Below are positions 19,001 to 30,793 of a stretch of 64,000 nt of DNA, piece by piece. Numbering within the stretch: position 1 is the first letter of the stretch; each line of letters begins with the position of its first letter. This DNA is from Thermodesulfovibrionales bacterium (GTDB lineage: Bacteria; Nitrospirota; Thermodesulfovibrionia; Thermodesulfovibrionales; SM23-35), in the NCBI GenBank assembly GCA_963715195.1, contig CAVQRT010000002.1:64001-128000 (forward strand), read 5' to 3'. The notes under the pieces were generated by a model that was not told the DNA's origin, ran no database searches, and saw only the letters and a list, made by a program, of their open reading frames with translations. Made by a program: the position numbers and the translations under genes.

Positions 19001-19330
19001 GATGAGACCTATGAGCGAAGTCTCCTCTTTTACCCCGTTGAAGACGAGATTGGTGTATTGGTCGATGCGGACTACGGGACCATTGATGAGTTGCACAGCC
19101 GCCCTGCTGTGCTCATTTGCCCTGACAAGATAGCCTGTACAGATGAGATCGCCCTGATGCGCCTGCACCCACTCCGCATCAGCAGATTTCCTTATCTCCA
19201 CGCTACCCTGTACCGATACTACCTTGGCTACCCAATCCTTGCATATCTCTGCGTGGGCTACATGATGCAATTGAAAAATGCATATGACACTAAATACGAT
19301 TATGCTGATCATCCTCTTTTTCATAGCCAT
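16038..19330 (-). CDS. FecR + TPR + TonB-receptor-like outer-membrane beta-barrel protein; several frameshifts at ~16360-16790
   Basis: Signal peptide, FecR region (VSTPFVNGTVEGTEF), many TPRs, barrel strands; fragments 16491-16754, 16426-16611 and 16038-16364 continue the protein to a terminal Phe (AKFTLAF). Confidence 0.8.
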
Positions 19331-19372
19331 TCCCCCCCTTTTCTGATTGCTTTATCTAAAAAACAACTCCTG

Positions 19373-21628
19373 CTATTTCTCTTCCATGATAACCTCGCCT
19401 TTCCAGTCCTCCGCTGGCGGGTTCTCCCTGAATTTTTCAGATAATCTGATATAGAATTGGGACGGTCCGTCTCCTCCTGACATTGTGTCGACATTGTTAA
19501 ACCTCAGGATGGCTTCGTTCCAGTCCCGTCTCTTGAAGGCATCGAGTGCCTCTTCGAAGAAAGTGCAGACTGCGACCTGTTTGTCGGTGGACTTCTCGTT
19601 CCGGCAGACCAGTTCGAATACCGTGGTCGGATTTCTTTTTCCTTTCAGCAAAAACTTCCCGATCTTTCGTTTCAGAAAATCGTGACTCCCGCTTACGGCT
19701 TCCCAGGTAGCCAGGATACGCGTGCCCAGATATTTGTTCAACCCCTCCACCCTTGTGGCTGTGTTGACGGTATCGCCCAATGGACGGTATTCATAGTGAT
19801 CAAATGCCCCGATGCTGCCCATTGATATTTCGCCCGCATGAAGTCCAATTCGGGTAGGCAGTTTCAAGTCATCAAGGGACTTATTGAAATCCTGGAGCGC
19901 CGTTTCGATATCAAATGCTGCGCTGCAGGCTCCATTGCAGAACTGGAAATCGGTTTGTTCCTGCTTCACCCAGATGGCAAGCATCGAATCTCCCACGACA
20001 TTTGAGATGCTTCCCCCGTGTCTTCTCACGGGATTAAAAATCGCCTGATAATAGGTATTCATGAATTCCTTCAGTTGCTTTGGATGCATTTTTTCTGATA
20101 GATCAGTGTAATGTTCTGCGTCAGTGGACAAACAAATTCCGTACACGAATTTTTCACTCGCCCTGATCTTTTCGATGCCTCTCACGACCTCATTGACTAT
20201 GTCAGCCGGCAGGTAATAGCCAAAGGTCTCCCTGACTTTCTGGTGTTCTTTCTTCGTGTCGAAATACCTCCAGACCGCACTACCGAAAACAGCGAGCGTG
20301 AGCTGAAAAAATACCGGGACAACAAGAGGGAACCAAATACCCCGGCTCTTGAATAGAGAGAACGCAACGAGAAGATATCCGGCACCCATTCCTATAGCTG
20401 CAAATGCGGAAACATTACCAGGCAGATACCTGCACATAAACCCCAGCGTGATGCCAAAGAGCAGTAACAGAATAGCTTGACTGAGAGCAGAAAGCGGTCG
20501 CAAAGGCATATCCTCGAGCAGGTTTGAAAAGGCCGTCGCAGCTATCTCCACCCCGCTGATATCCAGCCCTTCTTCCTGAGAGAAGACCGTATAAAAACTT
20601 TCACTCTGCTCAGTTGGTGACTCCACAGAACGTCCGACGAATACAACCTTTCCAGCCAGGTCAAACCGTCTCTTCTCACCATCACCTTTTTGAGCATTGA
20701 TAAGCTCATAGTACGGGATTGTCTTGATGGTGCGAGGGGGACCGTAAAAGTTCAGATACAGACTGTTCTGACTTTTTTGGTAAAACGAAATAAGTGATTT
20801 GATCATTCTGTACTCTTCCTGACTGTTCAAAAAAGGCCTTACTCTCTCGAGCTCTGTCGTCATCCTTTTTGCGATCTTTGCATCCTCCGAGAAAATCTCC
20901 CGTATCGTGTGCATAACCTCACCGAGTCGCCTGGTGCCGATAACGTCATCCGCACTCTGGGGTAACCGTTGAGCTTCGCGAGGGCTTACCGATCTCAGCA
21001 AGACAACGAACGTTTCGTACACCGGCATGGTAAAAAGCTGAAATGCCACTACGGGCAGGGTTGGTTTATCGCCAGCCGCGGTCTTGAAAGTCCAGTATTG
21101 GTTCAGTTTGACCGGGATCTTCGGTAAGGCAAAAGGTGCTGTTGCCACCGCAGCCCGCGCGAGTTGATCTGTGGGGGCAACCTCTTTGATGACACTGACT
21201 TCTCCCCTTCCGCCTATCAAGGGGATCTCCTTTGCTCTGAGGCACTCGCAGAGAACGACTGTCCGAGCCTTCCTGATCGACTCAGCGAAGGTATGATCCT
21301 CACGTGCCGAGCCCGGTTCCAGGAAGCTCACGTCGAAGACGATAACAGACGCCTGTGCTTTAACTAAATTCTCAACGAGCGCAGCATGAACACTCCGTGG
21401 CCATTTTTCCGGTCTGTCTGAGAGTTTAAGACGTTCTGAGGACCTCTTGTCTATTGCAGCAATGACTACTTCGCCAGGGGCCTTCCGCACTCCTCTGAGC
21501 TTAAACAAAATGTCGAGGCCGATATCTTCTTCGAGAAAGGAACCAACGGGCAGCAGGGTAAGGATAAGCCCGGACAGGGCAACAATGCAACTAAGCACTA
21601 CTGCTTTTGTGAAGCGGGAAATATGCAT
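19373..21628 (-). CDS. CHASE2-domain class III nucleotidyl cyclase with TM helices and a C-terminal TPR-like region
   Basis: IAAID...WPRSVHA, ISGVEIAA, 3 TM helices, STDAEHYT, VVGDSML, RIGLHAG, GDTVNTATRVEG. Confidence 0.9.
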   Translation of the reverse strand: MHISRFTKAVVLSCIVALSGLILTLLPVGSFLEEDIGLDILFKLRGVRKAPGEVVIAAIDKRSSERLKLSDRPEKWPRSVHAALVENLVKAQASVIVFDVSFLEPGSAREDHTFAESIRKARTVVLCECLRAKEIPLIGGRGEVSVIKEVAPTDQLARAAVATAPFALPKIPVKLNQYWTFKTAAGDKPTLPVVAFQLFTMPVYETFVVLLRSVSPREAQRLPQSADDVIGTRRLGEVMHTIREIFSEDAKIAKRMTTELERVRPFLNSQEEYRMIKSLISFYQKSQNSLYLNFYGPPRTIKTIPYYELINAQKGDGEKRRFDLAGKVVFVGRSVESPTEQSESFYTVFSQEEGLDISGVEIAATAFSNLLEDMPLRPLSALSQAILLLLFGITLGFMCRYLPGNVSAFAAIGMGAGYLLVAFSLFKSRGIWFPLVVPVFFQLTLAVFGSAVWRYFDTKKEHQKVRETFGYYLPADIVNEVVRGIEKIRASEKFVYGICLSTDAEHYTDLSEKMHPKQLKEFMNTYYQAIFNPVRRHGGSISNVVGDSMLAIWVKQEQTDFQFCNGACSAAFDIETALQDFNKSLDDLKLPTRIGLHAGEISMGSIGAFDHYEYRPLGDTVNTATRVEGLNKYLGTRILATWEAVSGSHDFLKRKIGKFLLKGKRNPTTVFELVCRNEKSTDKQVAVCTFFEEALDAFKRRDWNEAILRFNNVDTMSGGDGPSQFYIRLSEKFRENPPAEDWKGEVIMEEK

Positions 21629-21846
21629 CCCCCCCCAAGACTGCTTCTTGCAACCTAAACCGATTGCCACCGAAAGAATGTGAGCGTTTCAGGAAACTTT
21701 ACTGATTTTGATAAAACACAACAACGGACAATCAGTTCGCACGAAAAGCCTATACAAAACCCCTTTGAATTGATGTAACCATAAGCATTGAAAATTGTCA
21801 ATTCTAATTAATTAACAAAGAAATATAAAAAAGGGAAACGGTGTTA

Positions 21847-22731
21847 TCAGGCTCTTGGATGGTGCTTCGAGTACACCTGTTTCAAGCGATCTGTCGTTAC
21901 TTTGGTATAAATCTGCGTTGTCGATATGTCAGCGTGTCCAAGGAGCTTCTGCAATGATCGCAGGTCAGCACCACCTTCGAGAAGGTGCGTTGCGAAGGAG
22001 TGCCGTATGGTATGCGGTGAAATATCAAGGCCGGTTCTTCTGCCCAATTGTTTCATCGTCTGCCAGAAACGCTGTCGTGTCATCGGCCCTCCTCTCCGTG
22101 TAATAAACAGGTAAGGAGAATTCTTCTTCCGGAGTATTTCGCGTCTTTCCAGACTTACATACCGTTTCAACCTCTCAAGTGCCCTCATATGGAGCGGAAC
22201 AATCCTTTCCTTTGACCCCTTGCCCATGACCCTTAAGAAGCCGGCATCGAAGCTGATATCTTCCAGCCTGAGGGATATCAGTTCACTCACGCGCAAACCG
22301 GAAGAATAGAGAAGCTCAAACATGACAGCGTCCCTTCTTGCAATAGGTTCAGAAAGGCTACTGGAATCGCCCGATTTTAGAAATGTTTTAACGTCTTCAA
22401 TGCTGATAGCCTTCGGCAGCCTCTCCCACCTCTTGGGAGACTCGAGATTTTCTGAAGGGTCCCCTGAGATATGATTTTCCAGAAGCAGATATTTGCAGAG
22501 GTTCTTAATGGTAGAAATAAACCGGCAGATACTTGCGGTCGAGTATGTTTCATCCCTGAGCTTTTGGATAAAATCAACGATGTCCGTCTTAGAGAACGCA
22601 GGCAAATCCGTATCTTTTGATACAAGGAATGCACGAAATTTTTTCAGATCAAGATGGTATGAGGCAACCGTATTTTTCGATAGCCCCTTCTCAGCAGTAA
22701 GATATGAGAGAAAAGCCGGTATTATGTCCAT
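21847..22731 (-). CDS. xerD: Site-specific tyrosine recombinase XerD
   Basis: LYSSGLRVSEL, GKGSKERIVP, HTIRHSFATHLL, LGHADISTTQIY, HHPRA. Confidence 0.92.
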   Translation of the reverse strand: MDIIPAFLSYLTAEKGLSKNTVASYHLDLKKFRAFLVSKDTDLPAFSKTDIVDFIQKLRDETYSTASICRFISTIKNLCKYLLLENHISGDPSENLESPKRWERLPKAISIEDVKTFLKSGDSSSLSEPIARRDAVMFELLYSSGLRVSELISLRLEDISFDAGFLRVMGKGSKERIVPLHMRALERLKRYVSLERREILRKKNSPYLFITRRGGPMTRQRFWQTMKQLGRRTGLDISPHTIRHSFATHLLEGGADLRSLQKLLGHADISTTQIYTKVTTDRLKQVYSKHHPRA

Positions 22732-22791
22732 GGAATCAATAATTAAAAAAATTCATAACGCACTCTGTTCCATTGCATGCTGCTTAAATTT

Positions 22792-22945
22792 TAAAAGTCC
22801 AGATTTTGTGAGAAAAATTATTTTTCGATACCTTAGTGTACCTTTAACTGATGATTTCAAGAACATTGATATTGAGAGAGCATTGATAGATATTTGAATC
22901 AAATCATCGAGTTAAATAATTTTTTGAGCAATGTCTGGACTTTTA
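22792..22945. mobile_element. AT-rich MITE-like element with imperfect terminal inverted repeats
   Basis: TAAAAGTCCAGA...TCTGGACTTTTA; imperfect pairing extends ~35 bp; related short copy at 47454-47508. Confidence 0.55.
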
Positions 22946-22962
22946 GCTACGTATTCTTCATC

Positions 22963-23679
22963 CTATGCCTTGTAAATCCTTTCCATCTCCTCTGTATACC
23001 CGCCGTCTTCCCGGTATATATAAAATGGCGCTTCAACCTTCAGGCCCGCTCTTCCTCCGCGAACAGCCTCAAGCAAAATCATTTTGGCTTCTGACGAACG
23101 CGTCGAATGAACAAATCTCATTCTCTTTGCCTCGATGCCCCTATCCTTCATGACGTCAATGAGCTCCGAAAGTCTGCAGGGATGATAAATCAAACAGAAT
23201 CTTCCCCTGTTTCTGAGAAGAGATGAAGCTGCGTTGACACAATCACGCAATCGCAGGGTGATTTCATGCCGCGCAATCGCCCTTTCCTTTCCACTATTTA
23301 GACGGCCGCTGTTGAGACGCCTGAAGGGAGGGTTTGAGACCACAAGATCATGCCGGGGAGCCCCTGTTTGCGAGGCGTGCAACTCTCTAAGGTCGCATTT
23401 GATCACCTGAACCCTTTCTTCAACTGTGTTCAGGATAACATTTTTTTTCGCCAGCCTGACAAGATTATCCTGAATTTCGAAGAGGTCCACAGAGGCATCG
23501 GGATATTTACCGGCAAGCAAAATACCGATGATACCGGATCCTGCCCCCAGATCAGCAATGTGTTCCGCTTTTCTGAGATTTACAAAATCAAACAGCAGAA
23601 GGGAATCAACGGAAAAACGGTAGCCGTCTTTCGGCTGATACAGCCTGATATCACGAATGCTGTCGAGCGTGACGTCCAT
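22963..23679 (-). CDS. tRNA1(Val) A37 N6-methyltransferase (YfiC/TrmN6 family)
   Basis: QPKDGYRFSVDS, DLGAGSG, VSNPPF, IARHE. Confidence 0.85.
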   Translation of the reverse strand: MDVTLDSIRDIRLYQPKDGYRFSVDSLLLFDFVNLRKAEHIADLGAGSGIIGILLAGKYPDASVDLFEIQDNLVRLAKKNVILNTVEERVQVIKCDLRELHASQTGAPRHDLVVSNPPFRRLNSGRLNSGKERAIARHEITLRLRDCVNAASSLLRNRGRFCLIYHPCRLSELIDVMKDRGIEAKRMRFVHSTRSSEAKMILLEAVRGGRAGLKVEAPFYIYREDGGYTEEMERIYKA

Positions 23680-23708
23680 ATGACAGGAGCGGCAGGCAAC
23701 ATGCAGAG

Positions 23709-25169
23709 CTACTCATGATGGAGAATGCCTTTTTCGTAGAGAATTGCTATCAATATTTCAACAATTTCCGGATCAAACTGTATGCCGGAGAAGTCCCTCA
23801 ATTCCTTAACCACTTTGTCCATAGGGAGTGCTTTTCTGTATGGCCTGTTGGTTGTCATTGCGTCAAATGCATCTGCGACAGCGATAATTCTTGCACCGAG
23901 CGGGATGGCCTCTCCTTTCAGACCATCCGGATATCCTGAACCGTCATAGTATTCATGATGATGTCGTATGATGTCCCGGGCATCTTTCATCGGCTCAATA
24001 GACTCGATCATCTTTGCACCATGTGCCGGATGCTTCCTGATGATCTCCATCTCTTCCTCTGAAAGTCTTCCCGGCTTCTTCAGAATATTGTCGGGGACCG
24101 TAACCTTTCCGAGGTCGTGAAGGAGTGCAGCCATCCGGATATTTTCGACATCGGCCGCAGGAAGTCCGAGCTTCTGCGCAATATCAACAGAATATTCCGC
24201 GATATCCTTCATGTGCTTGTCGGTATAGAAGTCCTTCGATTCCGCGATTCCCGACAGGGTAACGATTGTGGACAGATACGAGTGTTCCAGTTTCTCATAG
24301 AGCCTGGCGTTCTCTATGGCGGCTGCAGCCTGCCCGCTGAGAACCGAAACCAGCTCGACATCCGGGAGAGAGAATGGGTGTTCTGTGCCAGGCCCGCTCA
24401 GGAAAAGCATGCCGATGACCTTTCCCCGAACGGTGAGGGGCATGTAAATACTGGATAACTCTCCCGTCCCCGGCATTTCCTCAAAGCCTTCGGGAATCGG
24501 CAAGCCCGGAACGATGAGGACAGGTTTCTTTTCTATTGTGAGCAGAGAGGCTAATTTTTCAAGATGTTTCTTCCTAAACTCAGCACCATGGGCAGGTAAA
24601 AATCCGTAATCCGCCTCCAGAACAATCTTTCCTGTTTGCTCATCGGTTAAAAAGAGGCACGCCCTGTCTGCCCGTGTTTCCCTCACCGCAATCTCGACAA
24701 TAAGGGTAAGGAGCTTCTTTGTGTCTGTTTCACTGATAATCTCCTTGCTCACCTCAAAAAGCGGCATCAGGGCCCGCATCCGGATATTGTCGCTGAGCAG
24801 CCGCGTCTTTTCCAGTGCATCCGCAACTGAGCTTCTGAGGTCTGTTGTTGTGAACGGTTTTAAAAGGAACCCCTGGGCACCCAGTTTGAGAGCTTTTATG
24901 GCAACATCGAGCGTGCCGTGGCCTGTGATGATAATGATGGGCATTTCCTTGTTGTGGTTACGGACCTGCTGAATAACTTCCAGCCCGCTTATATCAGGCA
25001 TTCGTATATCTGTCAACAAAAGAGAAAATGTTTCTTCCGAAAGCAATCGGATGCCCTCATGCCCATCCGAGCTGATTGTGACATCATAGCCGACATTGGT
25101 CAGTATTTCCCGTGCAATGTCCAGAATCAGCTCTTCATCATCAATAACCAGTATTTTGTCTTTTTCCAT
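23709..25169 (-). CDS. Receiver-GAF-HD-GYP phosphodiesterase
   Basis: VIDDE/TDIRMP receiver, GAF (AIENARLY), LLHDLGK, HHEYYDGSGYPDGL, NRPYRKA. Confidence 0.92.
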   Translation of the reverse strand: MEKDKILVIDDEELILDIAREILTNVGYDVTISSDGHEGIRLLSEETFSLLLTDIRMPDISGLEVIQQVRNHNKEMPIIIITGHGTLDVAIKALKLGAQGFLLKPFTTTDLRSSVADALEKTRLLSDNIRMRALMPLFEVSKEIISETDTKKLLTLIVEIAVRETRADRACLFLTDEQTGKIVLEADYGFLPAHGAEFRKKHLEKLASLLTIEKKPVLIVPGLPIPEGFEEMPGTGELSSIYMPLTVRGKVIGMLFLSGPGTEHPFSLPDVELVSVLSGQAAAAIENARLYEKLEHSYLSTIVTLSGIAESKDFYTDKHMKDIAEYSVDIAQKLGLPAADVENIRMAALLHDLGKVTVPDNILKKPGRLSEEEMEIIRKHPAHGAKMIESIEPMKDARDIIRHHHEYYDGSGYPDGLKGEAIPLGARIIAVADAFDAMTTNRPYRKALPMDKVVKELRDFSGIQFDPEIVEILIAILYEKGILHHE

Positions 25170-25255
25170 ATCGAGAGTAAATTATTACCCTATTACTTTG
25201 ACATATTCCTTATTCGCTCTGCAATTCTGCGAGACTGATCACGCGCCAGTTCAAA

Positions 25256-25289
25256 AAAAAGGCCATGCGCACAACAGCATGGCCTTTTT
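25256..25289 (-). terminator. Intrinsic terminator after atpC
   Basis: AAAAAGGCCATGC...GCATGGCCTTTTT. Confidence 0.8.
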
Positions 25290-25311
25290 CTGTTCGTTTT
25301 CTTTATAAGGA

Positions 25312-25722
25312 TTATCTGAATTTCTCTGCTATCTGTACCCTTGCCACTGCCCGCTCAAGAGAGGAGCTCGCCCGGGCAAAATCGAATTCTTCTGCTTTTT
25401 TCAACCTTTCCTCAGCCCTTTTCATAGCAGCCTTTGCCCTTTCGGGATCTATGTCTTCAGATTTCTCTGCACTGTCGGCAAGCACCATAACTCTCTCGGA
25501 CCCGACTTCAGCATAGCCCCAGTTCACAAAAACATATTTCGTGGTATTTCCTTTTTTATACGAAAGCATCCCGATCTTCAGGGTTGTAAAGAAAGGAACA
25601 TGTCCTGGTAAAACCCCGAATTCGCCTTCACTGCCGGAGCATGTCACTTCATCGACATCTTCACTCAAAATAAGGCCATACGGGGTAACAACCTCGAGTT
25701 TCAATTTACCTTCTTTTTCCAT
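25312..25722 (-). CDS. atpC: ATP synthase F1 epsilon
   Basis: LEVVTP, GEFGVLPGH, operon position. Confidence 0.96.
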   Translation of the reverse strand: MEKEGKLKLEVVTPYGLILSEDVDEVTCSGSEGEFGVLPGHVPFFTTLKIGMLSYKKGNTTKYVFVNWGYAEVGSERVMVLADSAEKSEDIDPERAKAAMKRAEERLKKAEEFDFARASSSLERAVARVQIAEKFR

Positions 25723-25761
25723 AGTTCTCCTGCCTTAATCTTCTCCTTTAGACCAATATGC

Positions 25762-27192
<1,431 letters not shown>

Positions 27193-27222
27193 CTATATTA
27201 AAAATTCCTTTTCCTGTAATCT

Positions 27223-28101
27223 CTATTCCTTCAATGCCTCAACACCGCCGACGATATCCATCAAGTCTTTGGTGATTCCGGCCTGCCTTACCTTATTCGC
27301 CAGGAGTGTCACTTTCGTGATCATCTCCGAACAGTTCTTCGTGGCATTTTCCATCGCTGTCATCCTTGAAGCTTCTTCCGCTGCCGAGGACTCAAGCAAT
27401 GCACGGTATATCTGTATTTCAATATATTTCGGCAATAACCTCTCAAATATCGCTACCCGCGTTGGCTCATAGAGGTAATCAGCCGTCGTGGCTGCCTCCT
27501 TCTGTTCGCCCTCGCCTTCTATGCTTCCTAACGGAAGCAGCTTCATGGAGGTAACTTGCTGGGCAATCATCGATTTGAACTCGTTATAAATAACAACTAC
27601 CTCATCAAACGTTTCATTGATATAATTTTCGTTGAGGTCACCTGCAATCTCCTGGGCATTTGCATACGTTATTCGTCCGGACAGGCCAAGCCATTGCTTC
27701 CTCATCGGAACGTTTCTTCTGCGGAAATAATCCCTCGCCTTCCTTCCCACAACATTGACGCTCACTTCAATACCGTCTTTTTTGAGAGTATTGATGTAAT
27801 TTGCACCTGCTTTCAAAATATTCGAATTGAAAGCTCCGCAGAGTCCCTTATCGGATGTCAGGATGATAACCTCAACGGTCTTTCTCGGCCTCAGATAGAG
27901 AAGCGGATGGATCTCTCTCTCGGATACCCGGGCAAGATCAGACAGGACTGTCTGCATCCTGGATGCATATGGCCTGAAATTCAGCATCCTGTCCTGGACC
28001 TTTCTCATCTTGGCAGCCGCAACCATCTTCATGGCAGCCGTGATCTTCTTGGTACTCTGTATTGCTTTTAGTCTTTTCCGTATATCTCTTAACGTTGGCA
28101 T
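27223..28101 (-). CDS. atpG: ATP synthase F1 gamma
   Basis: KITAAMKMVAAAK, SDKGLCGAFN, RQAGIT. Confidence 0.98.
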   Translation of the reverse strand: MPTLRDIRKRLKAIQSTKKITAAMKMVAAAKMRKVQDRMLNFRPYASRMQTVLSDLARVSEREIHPLLYLRPRKTVEVIILTSDKGLCGAFNSNILKAGANYINTLKKDGIEVSVNVVGRKARDYFRRRNVPMRKQWLGLSGRITYANAQEIAGDLNENYINETFDEVVVIYNEFKSMIAQQVTSMKLLPLGSIEGEGEQKEAATTADYLYEPTRVAIFERLLPKYIEIQIYRALLESSAAEEASRMTAMENATKNCSEMITKVTLLANKVRQAGITKDLMDIVGGVEALKE

Positions 28102-28124
28102 GTATGTTCTCCTATCCGCACATA

Positions 28125-29636
28125 TTATGCCGAGAAGGTCTTCTTGAACGTTGTAATGGCCTCGGAAATCTTTGCTTTCAGTTCATCATCCAGTGCCTTT
28201 TTTTCCATGATCTCTTTCTTGATGTCCTGCTTTTCGGCCCTGATGTATCTCATTAACCCTTCCTCAAATGACCTGATGGAATCAATAGGAACATCGTCCA
28301 TGAATCCCTGGGTGCCTGCAAAGATGACGATAATCTGATCATCAACAGACATCGGAACAAACTGGTCTTGTTTCAGGAGTTCGACCATCCTCTTCCCTCT
28401 CTCGATCTGTGCAAGGGTGGCTTTGTCGAGGTCAGAAGCAAACTGTGCGAATGCTGCCAGCTCTCTGAACTGTGCAAGGTCGAGCCTGAGCATACCGGCA
28501 ATCTGTTTCATGGCTTTGATCTGGGCTGCGCCACCGACACGGCTGACCGAGAGACCTGCGTTCACTGCCGGCCTTATACCGCCGAAGAAGAGTTCAGGCT
28601 CAAGATATATCTGACCGTCAGTAATGGAGATAACGTTTGTCGGGATATAACCGGAAACGTCACCGGCCTGTGTCTCGATAACCGGGATAGCCGTTAATGA
28701 CCCTGCTCCCATTTCATCACTCATTTTCGCAGCTCTCTCGAGGAGGCGTGAGTGGAGATAGAAGACATCACCAGGATACGCCTCACGTGCAGGCGGACGT
28801 CTCAGGATCAGGGAGAGCTGCCTGTAGGCATGTGCCTGTTTGGTAAGGTCATCGTATCCGATAAAGGCATGCTGTCCGTTATCCCTGAAATATTCTCCCA
28901 TGGTGCATCCGGTATATGGGGCTATATACTGCATTGGTGCCGGTTCACTCGCTGTCGCGACAACAACAACGGTGTGTTCCATAGCACCCATTTCTTCAAG
29001 TTTCTGGACTGTGTTAACAACAGCCGGACGCCGCTGGCCCACGGCGACATAAATACAGGTAACATCGCCGCCTTTCTGATTGATAATGGTATCAACAAGG
29101 ATTGCGGTCTTCCCGATCTGGCGGTCACCGATGCAGAGCTCTCGCTGTCCCCTGCCGATCGGTATCATGGCATCGATAGCCTTGAGTCCGGTCTGAAGGG
29201 GTTCGTGAACGGGTTTCCGTCTGATAATACCGGGGGCAATGATTTCAACTCTTCTGGTCTCCTTCGCATTGATCGGGCCTTTGCCATCAATCGGCTGACC
29301 GATAGCATTGACGACCCTGCCTCTGAGTTCCGGACCGACCGGTACTTGCATAACCTTACCGGTACGCTTAACGATATCCCCTTCCTTAACCAGCTTGTCC
29401 TCGCCAAAGAGAACGGCACCGACCGATTCCTCTTCGAGGTTCAGGGCCATACCGAAAACCCCGTTCGGGAACTCAAGCAGTTCTGCGGCCATACAGTTTT
29501 CAAGGCCGTAAACCTTTGCGACACCGTCACCGATATAGGTAACTGTACCGATTTCACTGACGTCTACCTTCTTCTCAAAATCTGTGATCTGTTTCCTTAA
29601 AAGCTCGCTTATTTCTTCTGTCTTGATTTCTGGCAT
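28125..29636 (-). CDS. atpA: ATP synthase F1 alpha
   Basis: [26 protein letters not shown]. Confidence 0.99.
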   Translation of the reverse strand: MPEIKTEEISELLRKQITDFEKKVDVSEIGTVTYIGDGVAKVYGLENCMAAELLEFPNGVFGMALNLEEESVGAVLFGEDKLVKEGDIVKRTGKVMQVPVGPELRGRVVNAIGQPIDGKGPINAKETRRVEIIAPGIIRRKPVHEPLQTGLKAIDAMIPIGRGQRELCIGDRQIGKTAILVDTIINQKGGDVTCIYVAVGQRRPAVVNTVQKLEEMGAMEHTVVVVATASEPAPMQYIAPYTGCTMGEYFRDNGQHAFIGYDDLTKQAHAYRQLSLILRRPPAREAYPGDVFYLHSRLLERAAKMSDEMGAGSLTAIPVIETQAGDVSGYIPTNVISITDGQIYLEPELFFGGIRPAVNAGLSVSRVGGAAQIKAMKQIAGMLRLDLAQFRELAAFAQFASDLDKATLAQIERGKRMVELLKQDQFVPMSVDDQIIVIFAGTQGFMDDVPIDSIRSFEEGLMRYIRAEKQDIKKEIMEKKALDDELKAKISEAITTFKKTFSA

Positions 29637-29640
29637 AATT

Positions 29641-30180
29641 TCACCCCTTTATTAACTCATCTTTTAAAAGCCTTAATTGGCTTTTTATGCTCGTATCATA
29701 CATGGTACTCCCGATCCTGACGAGGATCCCGCCGAGGAGGGAAGGGTCTATCGCATACTCTATGTCAAGCTCCCTGTCTGTCACTTTTTTCAGGGAAGCC
29801 CTGAGCTTATTTTCCTGCTCTTTTGTAATCTGAAGAGGCGTCATGACAATTGCTTTTGCCTTCTTTTTCTTTTCAAGGTAAAGACTGGTAGCCATCCTGA
29901 TGATTTCAGGGAGCGCTTTAATGACCCTAACCTCTGACAGGTGCAGGATAAATTTCACGATATAGTCGGAAAGTTTCAGCTTGCCCGTTAGTTGCCTTAT
30001 GACATTTGTCCGCTCATCATTGGTAAACAGTGGGCTGACAAGGAGACTCTGGAACTCCTTACTTGCGTTCATGAGGTCATTAATTGCAATGAGCTCCAGA
30101 AGCGCCTGAGGGATATTCTCGAGATCAATATTCCTCAGTAATGCCTTTGCGTATCTGCTTGCTTGTTTTGCCGGCTTCAA
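29641..30180 (-). CDS. atpH: ATP synthase F1 delta
   Basis: [15 protein letters not shown]...YDTSIK. Confidence 0.95.
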   Translation of the reverse strand: MKPAKQASRYAKALLRNIDLENIPQALLELIAINDLMNASKEFQSLLVSPLFTNDERTNVIRQLTGKLKLSDYIVKFILHLSEVRVIKALPEIIRMATSLYLEKKKKAKAIVMTPLQITKEQENKLRASLKKVTDRELDIEYAIDPSLLGGILVRIGSTMYDTSIKSQLRLLKDELIKG

Positions 30181-30793
30181 CCTTTGCCTCCTATCTTTGT
30201 CAGAGAGTCTTCAAGAAGCTTTTCCTGCTCTTCCTTGGTCAATTTTTCTTTCAGCTTTTTCTCTGCAAGTTCCATGGCTAATTCGACAGCTTCGGCTTTG
30301 ATTGCCTCTTTTGCCTGTTTCAGTTCGTACTCGATATTGGTTTTTGCCTGTTCCATGATCTTTGCTTTGAGCCTGTCACTCTCGACAATAATGCTGTCCC
30401 TTTCCTGCTCTCCGGACTTTCTGGATGCAGCGAGGATCGCCTCAATCTCTGTATCTTTGGCCTTGAGTCTTGTTTCGACCTCCTGTAACGCTTTCAATGA
30501 TGCCGCTTTGGCTTCTTTCGCTTCATTGAGGGTCTTTTCGATCAACTCGGTCCTCTTCTGGAAAAAATTCTGCATCGGCTTCTTGGCAAATTTGAAAAGG
30601 AGTATAAACAGAAGCAGGAAATTAATGATCTTCCAAATGTAATCTTTCCACCAAGGCGCTGCGTGTTCTGCGCCTTCCCCCCGCCGCTGCTGGCAAAGAC
30701 GAAAGAGGCGATGGCAAGATTGAAGAGGGCGAATGCGAGTATTTGGATAATTTTCTTTTTATGGCAAAGTATGGAGTATGGAATGTTCTTCAT
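30177..30793 (-). CDS. atpF: ATP synthase F0 subunit b; 1-bp frameshift in a G run near 30680
   Basis: Joining the frames gives ...ASSGGGEGAEHAAPWWKDYIWKIINFLLLFILLFKFAKKPMQNFFQKR... Confidence 0.88.

Noticed and set aside
21630..21846. Riboswitch or sigma-54 promoter upstream of the cyclase
   Set aside because: TGGCA...TTGCA has the wrong spacing for a -24/-12 promoter, and I could not recognise a riboswitch fold.
21847..22731. Tyrosine recombinase as the integrase of a mobile island
   Set aside because: Its motifs and HHPRA terminus match housekeeping XerD; no att repeats or phage genes are visible.
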